Of a stretch of DNA of 64,000 nucleotides, positions 1-13,367 are shown piece after piece. The stretch comes from Octopus vulgaris. Its lineage: Eukaryota. The notes beneath the pieces are model-generated. The model saw only the letters and a list, made by a program, of their open reading frames with translations. It ran no database searches and was not told where the DNA came from. The stretch is taken from assembly GCA_951406725.2 (NCBI GenBank), contig OX597816.1, positions 134,044,001 through 134,108,000 on the forward strand, written 5' to 3'. The stretch's first letter is position 1. Each line of letters opens with the position of its first letter. The position numbers and the translations under genes were made by a program.

Positions 1-764
1 ATTCACATCTGGAATTTTCCGAGTCCTCTCCCACCACCGTTCGTCAGCGCGCATTTTTTCTCACATTCGTTTACTACACATTATTTTACACCTATTACAC
101 TATTTTTTCTTCATTTTTGTGACCGGTTGTTAAACTAGAGATTAACCCATGATTTAAGAAACATAATACAACATATATGTTAGCTGGATATAAAGCTAAG
201 CACACGGCCTGGATTAAACAAGAACATATACGCGTCGCTTCATGTCTGCCATCATATAACACGTCCGAATGAGCATGCAGTCGTTAGAACGACTATGTAA
301 GAATGATTATGTATCGGACCGCCACCTTGCACACACTGGAGTTTGGCGCCTAAAACTGACTTTATTTACCGGCTTATTACGGAGAACTATCTAGAAGGCT
401 CAAGAGAAACTATCATGTGAAAACTAATCGTTGATTGGCTGATAACTCGGCCTCACATGTGAAAGAGTCGAGCGATTTTCATGACTTGAAGTCCGTAATG
501 TGGCGACTCGGTTTCGACTATTGCTATATAACTAAGTTTGACAGGGAATTGAAGACTTTGAAACTCATATGATATAGAAGTTCGATGATATTCTGGAGAT
601 GAAGCAACTGCTACCAGCAAATTTTCTTGACAGGATTGTTACTCCAGGATATGAGGCATCATTGTTAATGGTGAGTCTTGCACCATTTCAAAGTTTTGGA
701 GGATCTAGGTTACGAAGCAGTATAATAGATGCTCCAGGCTTAAGTATCAGATTATGTCGAGTAA

Positions 765-884
765 TTCAGGCTGTTCAGAAAATTGGTTGATTAATTTACA
801 ATTTGGTCCAACAAAGTGACTGTGTTCAGGCTGTTCAGAAATTTGGTTCAATAACTTACAACTTGGTTTAGCGAAGTGACTGTG
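765..884 (+). repeat. Two-copy 60-bp tandem duplication
   Basis: TTCAGGCTGTTCAGAA...AAGTGACTGTG starts at 765 and again at 825, with several substitutions. Confidence 0.85.
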
Positions 885-1009
885 TCTGTTGATTTGTAGC
901 ATCTTTTCTTTGAGCCCTTCGACTCATAAGGCCAGTTATCTGGTTTCTATGGCGTATAAGTAACCAAAATTATAACCCCCACTCTTCCTGAACGAAACGC
1001 CAGTCCATT

Positions 1010-1212
1010 GCAGGATTCAAAGCTAGCAATTTGTAAGGGAAGAGGACAAATCGATTACATCGACTCCAGCATTTGACTTCTTGTTTTATTTTGTCGATCC
1101 TGAAGGGATGAAAGGCAAAGCTGATCTCGGCGGTCTTTGAAGTCAGAACCAAAAGAAATGCCGCTAAGCATTTTGTCTGACGTGCTAACAAATCTACCAG
1201 CTCGTCACCTTA
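1010..1212 (-). mobile_element. tRNA-derived SINE, family 1 (GGCGGCGAGCTGGCAGAA head), diverged copy
   Basis: Reverse complement matches the head and the GCCTTTCATCC...GTCGATAAA core found in many copies in the window. Confidence 0.8.
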
Positions 1213-1409
1213 ACGTTTTCCAGTAGCTTTCTGTTAATTTATCTAACAGCGACATTTTCAGTGCTAGGGTTACTCATTCGCAGAGCCATTTGAGATCATA
1301 TTATCTTACGAGAATTTTAGGAAAGACTTCGGCAATAGGTTCCTGTTATGTTTCAACGAAATGGGCTAAACAACAACTGAATTTGATCCTTGGATTACCT
1401 CTCAAGCAA

Positions 1410-1627
1410 TTCGTTCCTGTCTTTGGAGGTTCGCTCCTGTCTTTGGGTAACTGTGAAAGTTACCAATAGCGTTATCACTAAACAAACGCACTTACATATT
1501 TAATCGAGGTACCGTAGCCGATCAATATTTGTCTGCAAGTTTCATCAAATACCGTTCACAACTTTTTGAGTTATTTTGCACACAGACGGATAGATGAAAA
1601 CATAACTCCCTTCCTTGGCGGAGGTAA
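1410..1627 (+). mobile_element. Probable non-autonomous Helentron-associated (HINE/DINE-like) element end
   Basis: AAGTTTCATCAAA...GAGTTAT...CAGAC...AAACATAAC(...)CCTTGGCGGAGGTAA terminal arrangement, recalled as typical of these elements. Left boundary uncertain. Confidence 0.45.
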
Positions 1628-2074
1628 ATAACAGATAGTAACTGATATTCGAACGTTTTAGCTCTACCAATAGAAGACAGACAGACAGGGGTGAGTGAGA
1701 GAAAAGGGAGAGAGAAAGAGGGGGAGGGACAGATAAAAATCTAAAAAATACCACCGTTATGTAACCACCGTTCTCTCTCTACCTCGATATTTTAATCTAT
1801 GACCACTTCTCCACCTTTCTCTTATGTGGCACTCTCTCTCATTCCTTATCTCTATTTCACCTTCTCTGATTTTTATCTCTAGTGTTCTCCCAAATAATAT
1901 CGATCTCAGCCTCCAGTTAAAATACTTTTCCATATAAATACAAAAATAAAATGATAAAATTAATTTAAACACATTGCTGCTTTACATTTCAAAATAAATG
2001 TTAAACATGTTTGACCAAATGGGTTTATGGGTCTCCGTTCTGCAGTTTGACACTCACACACATAGACAAGGCGT

Positions 2075-2080
2075 ATACAC

Positions 2081-2152
<72 letters not shown>
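2075..2152. repeat. (CA)n microsatellite
   Basis: Directly visible. Confidence 0.95.
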
Positions 2153-2156
<4 letters not shown>

Positions 2157-2306
2157 ATCTATATTGTATATATTATATACTTATTACATATAATATATGC
2201 ATGTATGTATATTAACAGTACCGGGTAAAAAATAAAAAGCCGACTAAAGGTTGTGTAATTTAATTCTGTTAGCTGCAACTACAAACTTCCACAAGCATGT
2301 GTGTGT

Positions 2307-2430
2307 GTACTTATTTTATCAATCTATTTTGATAAAAAAAAAACATTTTTAAGCTGCAAATTTTAACAAAACGAACGCAATTATACACCGAAAATTTTTT
2401 TTTATCAAAATAGATTGATAAAATAAGTAC
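2307..2430. repeat. Inverted repeat, ~35-bp arms, at the end of a SINE fragment
   Basis: GTACTTATTTTATCAATCTATTTTGATAAAAA ... TTTTTATCAAAATAGATTGATAAAATAAGTAC. Confidence 0.8.
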
Positions 2431-3761
2431 CAGATCTGAAAGTACTTGGATCGATATTACCGATTAAAATCTTTGACGGTAGTGCTCCAGCATGGTCATA
2501 GTCAAATGACTGAAAACAGCAAAAAATTTTTTTTTTAAATAGCGATGAAGGTGATAAGGATTTCTAATTTCAGCCTACAACCATATTTTATTATTTTTAT
2601 TTTTTTGTCTTTTGACGTTCATGATTTCGTTTAAAGGTTTCTATTAACATTTATATCTTTTCCTGGAAATCATTACTCGCATAATGAGAAATAAATTGGC
2701 TTCAACCTGACTAGCAGAAGCTTGGCTCTTGCGTTTTAATAAATAAATAAAATGAACTATGCGTGTTTAATTATTTTAATTCATACCACGAAGAAATCGA
2801 TAAACTTCCGTTTTGGTCCTCTATTGCTAAAAAAATTTGCGAAATACTGAAGTACTGGAATATTATTGCGACAATCGATAGGTTCCTGCTTGATTATTCT
2901 TACTGACTTTCATTTCCCCATAGGATTTTGCTGCTTTGATTGTTGGCGACGAGAAATCTACTCCAGATCAATATACATCATGAAAATACACCATCGAAAT
3001 AAACATTAATTTTCATAGATCATTTTGTTGAAGTTGTTGTTGTTCCACTTCAGGTCAACTTTGATCAAGATCTTTGATCAGAGACATTTCAATCGAAATC
3101 ATTCAGTCATTTTAGGTTATCTCGGATGAGATTATCAAATGTCTTCGTCCATTTTTAAGATGCTAGGTAGTGATATGAGAGAAATTTGACTTGTATCTCT
3201 ACAAGTTGGGAGACCACGTTGAATTTCTCCCGTTGCTCTGTAATAAGTAATGTTTAATCAGATGGTCGAAAAATAATGTTCGACTGAAGGTTTGAGTGTT
3301 CGTATCATGACGTTGGCAAACTGCAAGGCACCCCATACTCAGTATATTAGTTACCTGACAACTGAGCTGAGAAAAATTGGTAGAGAAATACTGAATTAAA
3401 CAGAGATTGGTACTGATTTCAATGGTTCACAATATCGAAATTGAATTCTTTCACTGAATATCACTACAGCGTATATTCTAGCTATTAATATCAGGATGCA
3501 TGTGATACAACACTGATGAGCGAATTTTAACCCTTATGTAAGCCGGTTGTTGAGTCTTAGCAACATTCGTTAAAGACTTCGAAGTGCGGATCTTTTATTC
3601 TTAATTTTTTTTTTATGACAGTTAATTCAGCGAATCAAACACAGACACAGTTCTATGTCCCGAAGAGAAAGATTCCTTCTCAATCAGCGTTTGCCTCTTC
3701 AGAATTCAGTTGTTGGTTTTGCACGTTTGAAAGTTTTCTGATCGGTATTCCAAACCCCAAA

Positions 3762-3992
3762 GGCGGCGAGCCGGCAGAATTGTTAGCACGCCGGGCGAAA
3801 TGCGTAGCCGTATTTCGTCTGCCGTTACGTTCTGAGTTCAAATTCCGCCGAGGTCGACTTTGCCTTTCATCCTTTCGGGGTCGATAAATTAAGTACCAGT
3901 TACGCACTGGGGCCGATGTAATCGACTTAATCCGTTTGTCTGTCCTTGTTTGTCCCCTCTGTGTTTAGCCCCTTGTGGGTCGTAAAGAAATA
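3762..3992 (+). mobile_element. Full-length SINE family 1 with tail type A and 16-bp target-site duplication
   Basis: A-box-like (C)GGCAGAATTGTTAG, B-box GAGTTCAAATTCC, core CCTTTCATCCTTTCGGGGTCGATAAA, tail ...GTAAAGAAATA. Flanked by GGTATTCCAAACCCCA (3744-3759) and GGTATTCCAGACCCCA (3993-4008). Confidence 0.9.
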
Positions 3993-6929
3993 GGTATTCC
4001 AGACCCCAGTAGACTCTACGTCCTCATAAACTTTGTATCACACAGAGCATTCGAATTTAATGACGTAAATTGCAAAGTTCTGAAGATTCGAAAATAACAT
4101 GCAGCACTTGGAAACAGCAGTATCACACACTAAGTAATTAGACTTTGCTCAAAGGAATGCTGGCGTTATAATCAGGATCTCTTCGTAAAGGTGAGCACTC
4201 CTACAAAGAACACTGAAGAGGAAACAGTAGTTGCTTCGCTGAAATGTTTTTTTTCTTCTTCCCTCGAGTGAGTATTAATTAAAATAGTAAGCAACAGGAA
4301 TTGTCGATGTCACATTTGTCAGAAAAAAGAAAGAACAAAAACTGTTTTTATCCGGTGAGCAAATCAGAGGATAAACCAGTATCTAATGCATTAATTTCTT
4401 CAACTTTTGTTAACTTTTTCTTTTTGGCTCTTTAGGAACATCCTTTATGTTGTGTACTCGTCATTATTGGCAAAATCGTTCGAACGTCTGACATAATGCA
4501 ATACGTTTTTTTTTTTTAAGTTACAGTTCTTTACGATCTGAATTGAAATCCCACCGAGGCCAACTTTGCCTTTCAGTATTCTTCAGTCAACGAAATAAAG
4601 TATCTGTCATGTACTAGGGCCTGATTTAAGTGACTAGACCACTCCACAAAGAATTGTGGCTTTGTGCAAATGTTAAAAATTATCATTTTGATTAACAACC
4701 ACTCAGTGAATTTCAGATGGCAGAACACTGATAATTTTATCCGCGCTAATATGGCTAAGCAGAAGCAGCGTTAGATTAGCGTTGATATAGCTTAGTTCCT
4801 GTATTATGAAGTTGATTCAAGGCAATGTCAATATTCGAAGTTGATATTCGATGTGCTGAGTAGTTGTACAAATAGCGGTCGCTCTCCGTTATATTCCGCT
4901 CAGATGTTCAGATATAACATTTGGACAGGTTCACGCCTCACCATTCTTGAGCAGCGTTTAAAGTTAATCCTGAAACTTCTTTAGTTTTGTCAAATTTTGC
5001 TTGTCTGAAGATTCATTTTGTTACACTCTTCATTAATTTAACCCCATTTGAAGGTATTATATAGGCGATTGAACATATATGACATGACACAAACTGCTTA
5101 GACATTGTGCTACAACCATAACTAACCATACAGAGTTCAGGTTGTTATAGTAAGGAAGTAAAATCACAAATTATACCTTGGCCTTCAGTTTTCAATGGCT
5201 ATCAAAATTTAAACTTTTCTCGACTTTTTTCATTAGATGGAAAATTACAGTAAATGGGTAGTACATTTTCCCTTTTTTTGACCAACATTCAAGGGAGACA
5301 TTCTAGGGAGACATTTTACTCACATTACTCACCAACAAAACTTATTTATGTTTGATAAATTTCGTAAATTCAAAATAAGAATGAAAAAGATTGTGCTGAA
5401 GATTGGAATAGTCTTCATGTAGTTTTGACACTTTCTATCAATGTGGAAAGTAGAATCTCAGATTACTAAAATTATCCCTGCAATTGATAGGCAAGGGCTC
5501 TTTCTATAGGCATTTCAAATCTAAAAACGACAACCAAGCAAGAAAACTTTAGTAATATAGTTGATAATGATTTGATTAGTCCACTGGGTATTATTGCGGA
5601 TATCTAAGTTCTTCAGTTTCTTTCAGTGGAAATGCTATATCTCGATGCCGTTTTAGTATCAATGATATTAAAAGTATGAACAATCGTAACTCCAAAGTAA
5701 TTTCATTTAAACAGAATTGAGACGAGTATTAAAAAAAAAAAACTGCTTTGCGGCTCACGAACAGTTTATTTCAGTTCATAACGAGAATGTTGCAGGCTTG
5801 TGCTCCTTTTCAAATTCTGAAAGCAAATGTTTGAAGGAGAGCAATCCTTTTTAAAAATCAGATGGAGAACAACATTACATATTGTGATCCAGAATGCATA
5901 AAAATTATTGAAGATTTTATCCTAGAATGTAGTATGCCATTATTTATAGTGATCTAAGCAAAAAAGAAAAAAAAAACTATAAGAATGTTGAACTGAACCA
6001 CATTAAATTTTTACATCACAAATACTACCCCAAGTTATAGACAAGAAGGAAAAATGTTGAAAGTATAAATTGTAAAATTTATGACAGTTGGTATTTTGGC
6101 AATTGAGTCTATTCTAATAGAACCGAAAGAACATCAGAGCAAAGAAGACAAAAATAATTTAACGGCAACAATCTGTACTATGGTCAGATTGTTATTTCGA
6201 ATGTGAAAATAAAAAAAAAATCTTGTGACTTTTTATCAAATGTTCGCAATACAGAAAAGTAATTTTAACGAAATTAAGATTACGACGAAATAGGTCTTTT
6301 TATTCTGTTAAGAATATTAGGTTGATCCCAACGAATCAAAACAGATGAAAAGGTTAAAAAAAACAGCATAGAATAAATATGCAATGGTTAAACTGTAACA
6401 GCACATCTAAGTTTTCCAAGTGTAATATATAAGGCGGAGACCGCCAATTGTAACGGTATAATTGTAGCTGGTGGATTGTGGCAGGTTGGGATGTAGCATA
6501 GTGATGTTACAAGTTAGAGAAGTGGTTCAGAAATGCTTTATATCGCATAGTTAATCATTTCTGAAAGAAAAATGGCGCAAGATAATTTTTATCATGAATT
6601 TTATTCAACCATTACGAAATTTTATACAACTACGAGTTGACTGTAAATAAAAATGTTAGTAGGTCTGGTACTAAGTTTACGGGAAGCTCGAACGAAGTTA
6701 CCACAATTGACAAGTTAGCTGTTCTGCTAGTGGCAGGGTAGAGAGAAAGAAAGGGATGGGAAGAGGGAGATAGAGAGATAGTTTACTTCCTTTCCCAAAT
6801 CCATAAATCCAACAATGCACATACACAGACGCACACACACGCACAATCCACACATCAGAGTCACCAGCCCCTATCCACACTTAAATACTTAAACACTCTC
6901 ACATACACACGCATGCGCACCTTCGTTTT

Positions 6930-7190
6930 GGGATCACCAGTACTTTATTATCTCCCCTTCTTCCTAGCTCTACCCTCTAACTACCTTTGTCCAACCAGTC
7001 GCCATGATTGACCGTTATATCCATAATTTTTTTTTTAATTCTCTCTCTGTTTGTTTCCTTGTGTTCCTTTCTGTTGAAGAGCGTAGGCTCGAAACGTAAA
7101 AGACTCTCACCTTCCCGAGCATCAAACTAATATACCTGTTTGTTGTTTATACATCTCTCTTCGTCTTTTCTTTTCCTGTAAATTTCAACT
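6930..7190 (+). mobile_element. Short Penelope-like pLTR/tail element with hammerhead-like motif, ending in (TA)n
   Basis: Homologous in reverse orientation to 57230-57487. Contains CTTT-CTGTTGA-A-GAGC-GTAG-GCTC-GAAA-CG-T-A-AAAG at 7067-7102. Confidence 0.65.
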
Positions 7191-7252
7191 ATATATATAT
7201 ATATAACAAAGGAGGGGAGGGTGTTTCTTCGCAGGAAAAAATATAGGGAGAT

Positions 7253-7615
7253 GTGTTGTTGAAAATGCACCTAAATTTCAAAAACTCGTATTTCTTTAAA
7301 ATACATTCATTTACATATATACCAAACTAGTTTCAACAATATTTTTTGTTTATCAATGGTAAAAGTTTAAATTATGAATTAGAAAACCATCTTTGTTTAG
7401 CAATGGTAAAAGTATAAAATTATGAATTAGAAAAACATCTTTAAAAGTTTCAATGTTGGCAAATTAAAATTGAAACTTTCAAAGATGTTTTTCTAATCCA
7501 TAATTTTAAGCTTTTACCATTAATAAACAAAAAAATATTGTTGAAACTAGTTGGTAAATAAATGTATTTTAAATAATTACGAGCTTTTGAAATTTAGGTG
7601 CATTTTCAACAACAC
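7253..7615. mobile_element. Fold-back element (arms of ~150-200 bp) between (TA)n tracts, probable inverted Penelope-like tails
   Basis: GTGTTGTTGAAAATGCACCTAAATTTCAAAA... is mirrored by ...TTTTGAAATTTAGGTGCATTTTCAACAACAC. The left arm has an internal ~48-bp tandem duplication. Both arms carry a hammerhead-like motif. Confidence 0.75.
7321..7360 (-). ncRNA. Putative minimal hammerhead ribozyme, U3-A8 core variant
   Basis: Minus strand ACCA-TTGATAA-ACAA-AAAATA-TTGT-T-GAAA-CTAG-T-T-TGGT: stem I ACCA/TGGT, stem II ACAA/TTGT, palindromic stem III AACTAGTT. Confidence 0.5.
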
Positions 7616-7620
7616 GTTTT

Positions 7621-7703
<83 letters not shown>

Positions 7704-8977
7704 AATGTAAAGACATATACTCATAAGGCAACTGAAAATAATGACAACGGAAAAATTCTAAAATTCTAGTATATTTATTTATGTTTCTCTAAAGAAAAGA
7801 ATCTTAATTATTGACATTCTGGTCTACGTATAATCTGAACAGAAAATTCAAATCACTTGACATATTTATCTCTATGATTGCGTAACTGCTTTAATATATT
7901 GAAGTTGAACTTTAGATTTTGAATAAAGAGAAAACCAGGATTGTTTTTATCTTGTGTTTTTTTTTCTTGGATAGTTGGATCACAGAACAGTTAAGTTTAG
8001 CGAAGTCTAAATGTGGTCTTCCATTTTCTAGAGGAGTGTTCGTCGTAAGTAAATAACATTCTAAATAAAGGCCGTTAAAAGTAGACATATTGAGAATAAC
8101 TTTGTAAACTAGTCATTCTAATTACAAGAATGAGAACCGGTTTTTAGAAATCGTATTGAAATTACAATTGCTCAAATAAACTACATAAAGCGAAACGTGC
8201 GATTCATAAAAGATATCTTGTTCCTGTCTTATTGCTGCAAAACGTTTGAAATGCGAAAACAAATACAAAACTTTGGCGATTTATATTAAAAGTGGTGGTG
8301 GGATAGAGATGCATAAAACATGAACACAGTACATTATCATAACTATAAATTCGTGACTTCGTTGTTTTATTTGTAAGATTTAGGTGAATTATTGTTTGTA
8401 CTTTATTAATCAGAAAACGTGTCAGTCAATTTATAGACACACCTACACTATAAATACGAGACAGGTAAACTTCGGCATTTGTTGAACTGAGTTTAGGTCA
8501 CATCTAGGCAGCTCACGTGGCTTCTAAGTTTCAGCGCTCACGTGAGAAGGTAATTTACGGGATAGATTTGTGAAATGAATAGACGTAATGGAAAATAAGG
8601 AGCTTTCAGGATAACACTGTTCATCCTTACGTGTACGACGAGTAGGGGAATATATAAAATACTTTCTTGAAGCAGCGTGGTCGTAGTCGAATACCGTAAT
8701 GAGCGCCAGATGAGTAGAATAAAAAGTTTCACACTGTGTGTGTGTGTGTGTGTGTTTGCGCGCGCATCTATGTTGTAAATTTGCTCGACTAAAGGCGGTG
8801 CTCCATCATGGCCACAGTCAAATGTCTGAAACAAGTAAAAAAGTAAAAGAGTACTATATATATGTATATGTGTGTGTATACGTATACATGTATGCATATA
8901 CATACACCCACGCACGCACGCACACACACACGCACGCACGCACATACGCACACACACACACACGCACATATATATAT

Positions 8978-10176
8978 CGTCGGCTCCAGCTCGTATCCGA
9001 GCATTGGGTTCGTCAGTTTCTATCCAATTTCCTCAGTTGATGTTTGTGCCGAACGTAACTTTGGAGTCAAGTCGGTGGTGAAAAAGTCGTGGGCAGAATT
9101 CGCACAGGATGGTCGGTGCGAGTCACCTCCTCATTCTGTCGTCTGTTTTGCGCGAAGGAGCTGGCTCTATAGTGGATAGCAGCCCTCCAGGCTGTCCTAT
9201 CCATAGCAATTTGTTCCTATGAGAATGGCTGGATGTTAATTTGAGCCAGGGTCCACTTGAGCTGGTCTTTAAAACGGAATTTCGAACCTCCTCTGGGTTT
9301 TGTTCCGATTGCAAGTTCGTAGAGCATGATCCCCGGGAGACGAGTGGGCTCCATACGCTGGATGTGATCTGCCCAGCGGAGATGAGGGCAAAGAATGGTG
9401 GCTTCGACGCTTGGTGGTGAGGCACGGTGAAGAACCTCGTTGTTGGTAATGTGATCTTATCATCGTATATTGATCTGTCGTAGCGTGGATAGCTGGAAGC
9501 ATTCAAGGCGCTTGAAGTCATGGCGGTACAGCGTCCAAGTTTCACAAGCGTAGAGAAGAACTGATAGGACAAAGGCACGGAAGATCATGATCTTTGTCCA
9601 GATGATCAGCTCGTGATTGAAAAATACACATTGGCTGAATCTACCGAAGCCGGAGTGAGCTGCCCTGATCCGGTTCTCTACGTCCTTTTCCCACGTGGGG
9701 GTCTTTGAAAGGATACTCCCAAGATATGAGAATTGGTCTTTGATGCTAATGTAATTGGATGGACTGTTCTAGCCTGGTGCAAGTTGGATCAGGGTCTTGG
9801 TCTTGAATATGTTTACCTGCATCACGAAGCCTTCGTAAGCCGCGTTGTAAAGATCGGCTGTCCTTTGTAGGCCATCTACGGTCCGGTTCGGTGTGGCATC
9901 GTCGTCGGCATACTGCATCTCACGGACTGAGATGGCGGAGGTCCTCGTCTTTGCGCGGAGATGTGCGAGATTGAAGAGCCCGCCATCCAAGCGAAAGCGC
10001 ATGTTGATGGAAGGCGAGTCTAGTGGGATTTCGTTGAATATGGCGACATTGTACAAAGAGAAACAGGTTGGTGCCAGGACGCATCCTTGCTTAAGGCCCC
10101 TAGTGATGGGAAACGGGTCTGTGAGAGCATTTTGATGGCATACCCTACCCACCATGCCGTCATGAAGGGAGTGGAC

Positions 10177-10178
<2 letters not shown>
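8978..10178 (-). mobile_element. 5'-truncated, decayed RTE-clade (BovB-like) LINE: RT C-terminal half to 3' end
   Basis: ORF 9769-10386 has [25 protein letters not shown] and MQYADD. Further frameshifted pieces follow, with a C-terminal CEFCPRLF zinc-finger-like motif near 9080-9115. Both ends abut (TA)n. Confidence 0.9.
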
Positions 10179-10266
<88 letters not shown>

Positions 10267-10306
10267 CATATGCAGATGTATATATATGTACTCATACACA
10301 CACCCA

Positions 10307-10370
<64 letters not shown>

Positions 10371-10500
10371 TAAAAAAGAATTCCAACCTTGTCTGATTTT
10401 CACGTTTTATTTACAATCTTATAATGATATATTATAAGATAATATATTATAATTGAGTAAAATAAAATGAAATAGTAGAATGTTAAATATTCATTCTGAT

Positions 10501-10545
10501 TGAACTAGTACTTTCATGCATTGAATTCTGCAATCTTCGGGTTCA
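10501..10545 (-). ncRNA. Minimal type I hammerhead ribozyme motif in the PLE 3' repeat (U4C variant)
   Basis: TGAAC-CCGAAGA-T-TGCA-GAATTCAA-TGCA-T-GAAA-GTAC-T-A-GTTCA: stem I TGAAC/GTTCA, stem II TGCA/TGCA, palindrome AGTACT. Confidence 0.75.
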
Positions 10546-11039
10546 TGTAGTAGTGTTGACAGTCATGCTTCACAATTTTTGACTGTAGCAAGATGAGTGA
10601 TTCTGTGCTATAAATACAGCTGGGTAGGCTCCAGAGTGCTAGGTTTTGCAAACTGTATTCTGACCAATCAGTGTGTAGTATCACTCAATTACTTAAGCTG
10701 ATTGGTTGGTTGAGCTGATTGGTTTAGGCATCACGCTTTGTTGGACAGGTCAAGAGTCCTGTATCTTGACCCTGGCCGAAGCAGCAATTGTTGGGTTATT
10801 TTTAGAAATGTTGTAAATATCCTTTGTCAGAGATTTTTATATTTTTATATTTCAATTGTCATCATCATCATTGTCAGCACCTTAATTATTGTTGCTAGTG
10901 GTGATGGTGGTGGCAATAGAACTTTTAACCCTAAATAAGATAATTTTCCTGCTATCTTCGTCTTGATCACCTTTAGTATTGTTGTTGTTGTTAGTGGTCA
11001 TGGTCGTAGCAGTGGAAGTAATACCTCTAAGTATTATTA

Positions 11040-13367
11040 TTATTGCTTATTTAGCTTGGGTTCGAATTTATCAATAAAATTCTTTTCTCTGATTTTCCTC
11101 TCGATTTCACTTGGGCTGTGTAATTTGTAGAATGGAAATATTATATATATTTTCCGACCACATGTTGCTAGGTGGTTACTCAAAGGTATCTGACGGACCT
11201 CTGGGTCTCTAATCTGTTGCCGGTGTACACGTGAGCGTTCTAATAGTGCGTTTCCCGTCTGACCTACATATATTTCTTCACAATTTGGGCATTTGATGCA
11301 GTAAATTAAATTTCTGCTTTTGCAGTTCATATTCGCGTTTGTGAATATTTTCCCGGTTTTTGTGTTTATATATTGACCGGTATGTATGAATTGGCATGTG
11401 CCACATCGGCTATCATTGCATTTAGATACCGTGAATGTTTGGTCTTTGTTGCTGAGGTCAAATTTTGCCTTTGTTAGTAATGTTTTCAAGTTTTTAGGCT
11501 GTCTTTTACTAAGCACCATAGTTCGATCCTTGATTATGTCTTTTAATTCATTACTTTGGGCAATGATTGGAAGGTTTGCTTTGGCAATGTTGAAGATATT
11601 CTGGTGACATGGGTTGTGTGTCACTATGAATGGTATGACTTGTTCTTGTTTTCCTCTTCCTTGGGTTGTCCTAAGTTGTTGTATAGGTATTTTTATAGCC
11701 CGCTGTATGCCATTTTCTATAAGTAGAGATGGGTATTTTTGTTTGAGCAAAAATTCTCTTAGTTCTATTAGGCGTTTGTTCCTGATATTTGCATCTTCTA
11801 CAATAGTACAAATTCTTCTGGCTAGGCAGTATGGGATGTTACGTTTTGTATGTGGTGGATGGCACGACTTAAAATTTAGGTATTGATGTGTGTCTGTGTG
11901 TTTATAGTATATATCTGTGGTGATGGTGGTGTCTTTTTTAATTACCATTATATCCAGGAATGGTAATTTGGTACTACTCATCTCCTTTGTAAATTTGAGA
12001 GATGGGTGTAGGTTGTTCAGGAGGATATTGAACTCTTCCAGAGTATTTAGAGATTCTGTCCAGATTATGAAACAGTCGTCTAGGTATCTCTTCCATGCCT
12101 TTTCAATATACTTTCTAAATCCAGTGCCATAGTTTACCTCCACCTCTTGGTAGAGTTGTTCTTCTAAGTATCCCATTACAGAGTTGGCGTAAACGGGAGC
12201 AAACCTCGTTCCCATCGCCGTGCCTCTAATTTGGATGTAATTCTTTCCATTGAAGAAGAATGTGTTATTTTCTAGAATAAGTTTGACTGTGTCTAATATA
12301 AATGGCACTGTGAATCTGCTGGGAATCACTTCTCTATGTTTTTCTAACCAGTATTTAATCGCCTTTATTCCTAAATCGTGTGGAATATTGGTGTAGAGGC
12401 TTACCACATCAAAACTTAGCAAAACTTAATTTGTTTCTGTTGTTTTGGGAAGATGGGACAGGAAGTCGATGTCATCCCTGATGAAACTTGGTATGTAAGT
12501 ACATAGTGGTTTCAAAACAATGTCAATAAAATTGCTTAGACGGTGTGTAGGGCATGCTGGACCAGCTATAATAGGTCTAAGTTTTAGGTCTTTTGGATGT
12601 AATAATTTTATGTACTCACTTTCTTGTTCTTTTACTGCCTGTTGAATGTTTTTTGATTTGTGTATTTTTGGTAAGCCGTAGAAGTTGCTGGGTTTTGGTT
12701 CAAAATTGGTGATGTAGTCTTTTTCATTATCCGTAAGTGAGTTGTGGTGTGTTGAAATCAGGTTGTTGATCTTTTTCATGATGTGGTGGTCTATATTTGC
12801 GGGTATTTCACAATAGAAGGTTGTATCCTTCAGTTGGTCTTCAACCAAATCCTTATAGTATTCGGTATCCATAATAACAATTGCACCACCTTTATCTGCT
12901 TGTTTAATTATTATTGTTTGATCGTTTTGTATACGTTTACATGCAGACATCTCTGATTTGCTAATGTTTGGCCTAACATTGGTATTGCGTCTAAGGGGAA
13001 ATTTAGACAGGATATCAATGTATTGGTCAAGGTAGTTATTTCTTCCTTTTGGTGGGGTGAAATTTGATTTATTCCTTACTAGGGATTCATCAATCTCATT
13101 ACTTTTGTTAGCGAAGAATTCTACAAGTCGTAATTTTCGACAGAATTTTTGGATATCCTCCTTTAATTCTTGGTGGTTGGCTGTTGGTGTAGGTGTGAAT
13201 TTCAGTCCTTTTGACAGAAGTTGGATTTCATCATTGTCAAGATCTCTTTTTGATAAATTAATTATTTTAGGATCTATACGTTCAGTTGTTTGGGGTATGT
13301 TTCCTCTTGGATTTTTTCTTTCTCCGGTGTTTGTTGTCCTGACGTAAAAAAATGGATTTTTTTCTGG
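11040..13367 (-). pseudogene. PLE reverse transcriptase + GIY-YIG endonuclease reading frame (776 codons, one internal TAA at 12426-12428)
   Basis: One frame contains NLS..LLSKGLKFTPTP, ADKGG, YGLPKIHK, RPII, SFDVVSLYTNIP, GTAMGT, RYLDD, LPFLD, a CxxxxCxxC linker and LIYCIKCPNCEEIYVGQT. The track ORFs 12426-12950 and 11040-12422 are in the same frame (N*VLLSFD). Confidence 0.9.

Noticed and set aside
1-900. LTR- or promoter-like segment with CCAAT/TATA-like motifs and a 63-aa ORF
   Set aside because: No second LTR, primer-binding site or recognisable protein motif within the window.
3513-3530. CTGATGAG hammerhead core match
   Set aside because: No stem II followed by GAAA and no stem I partner.
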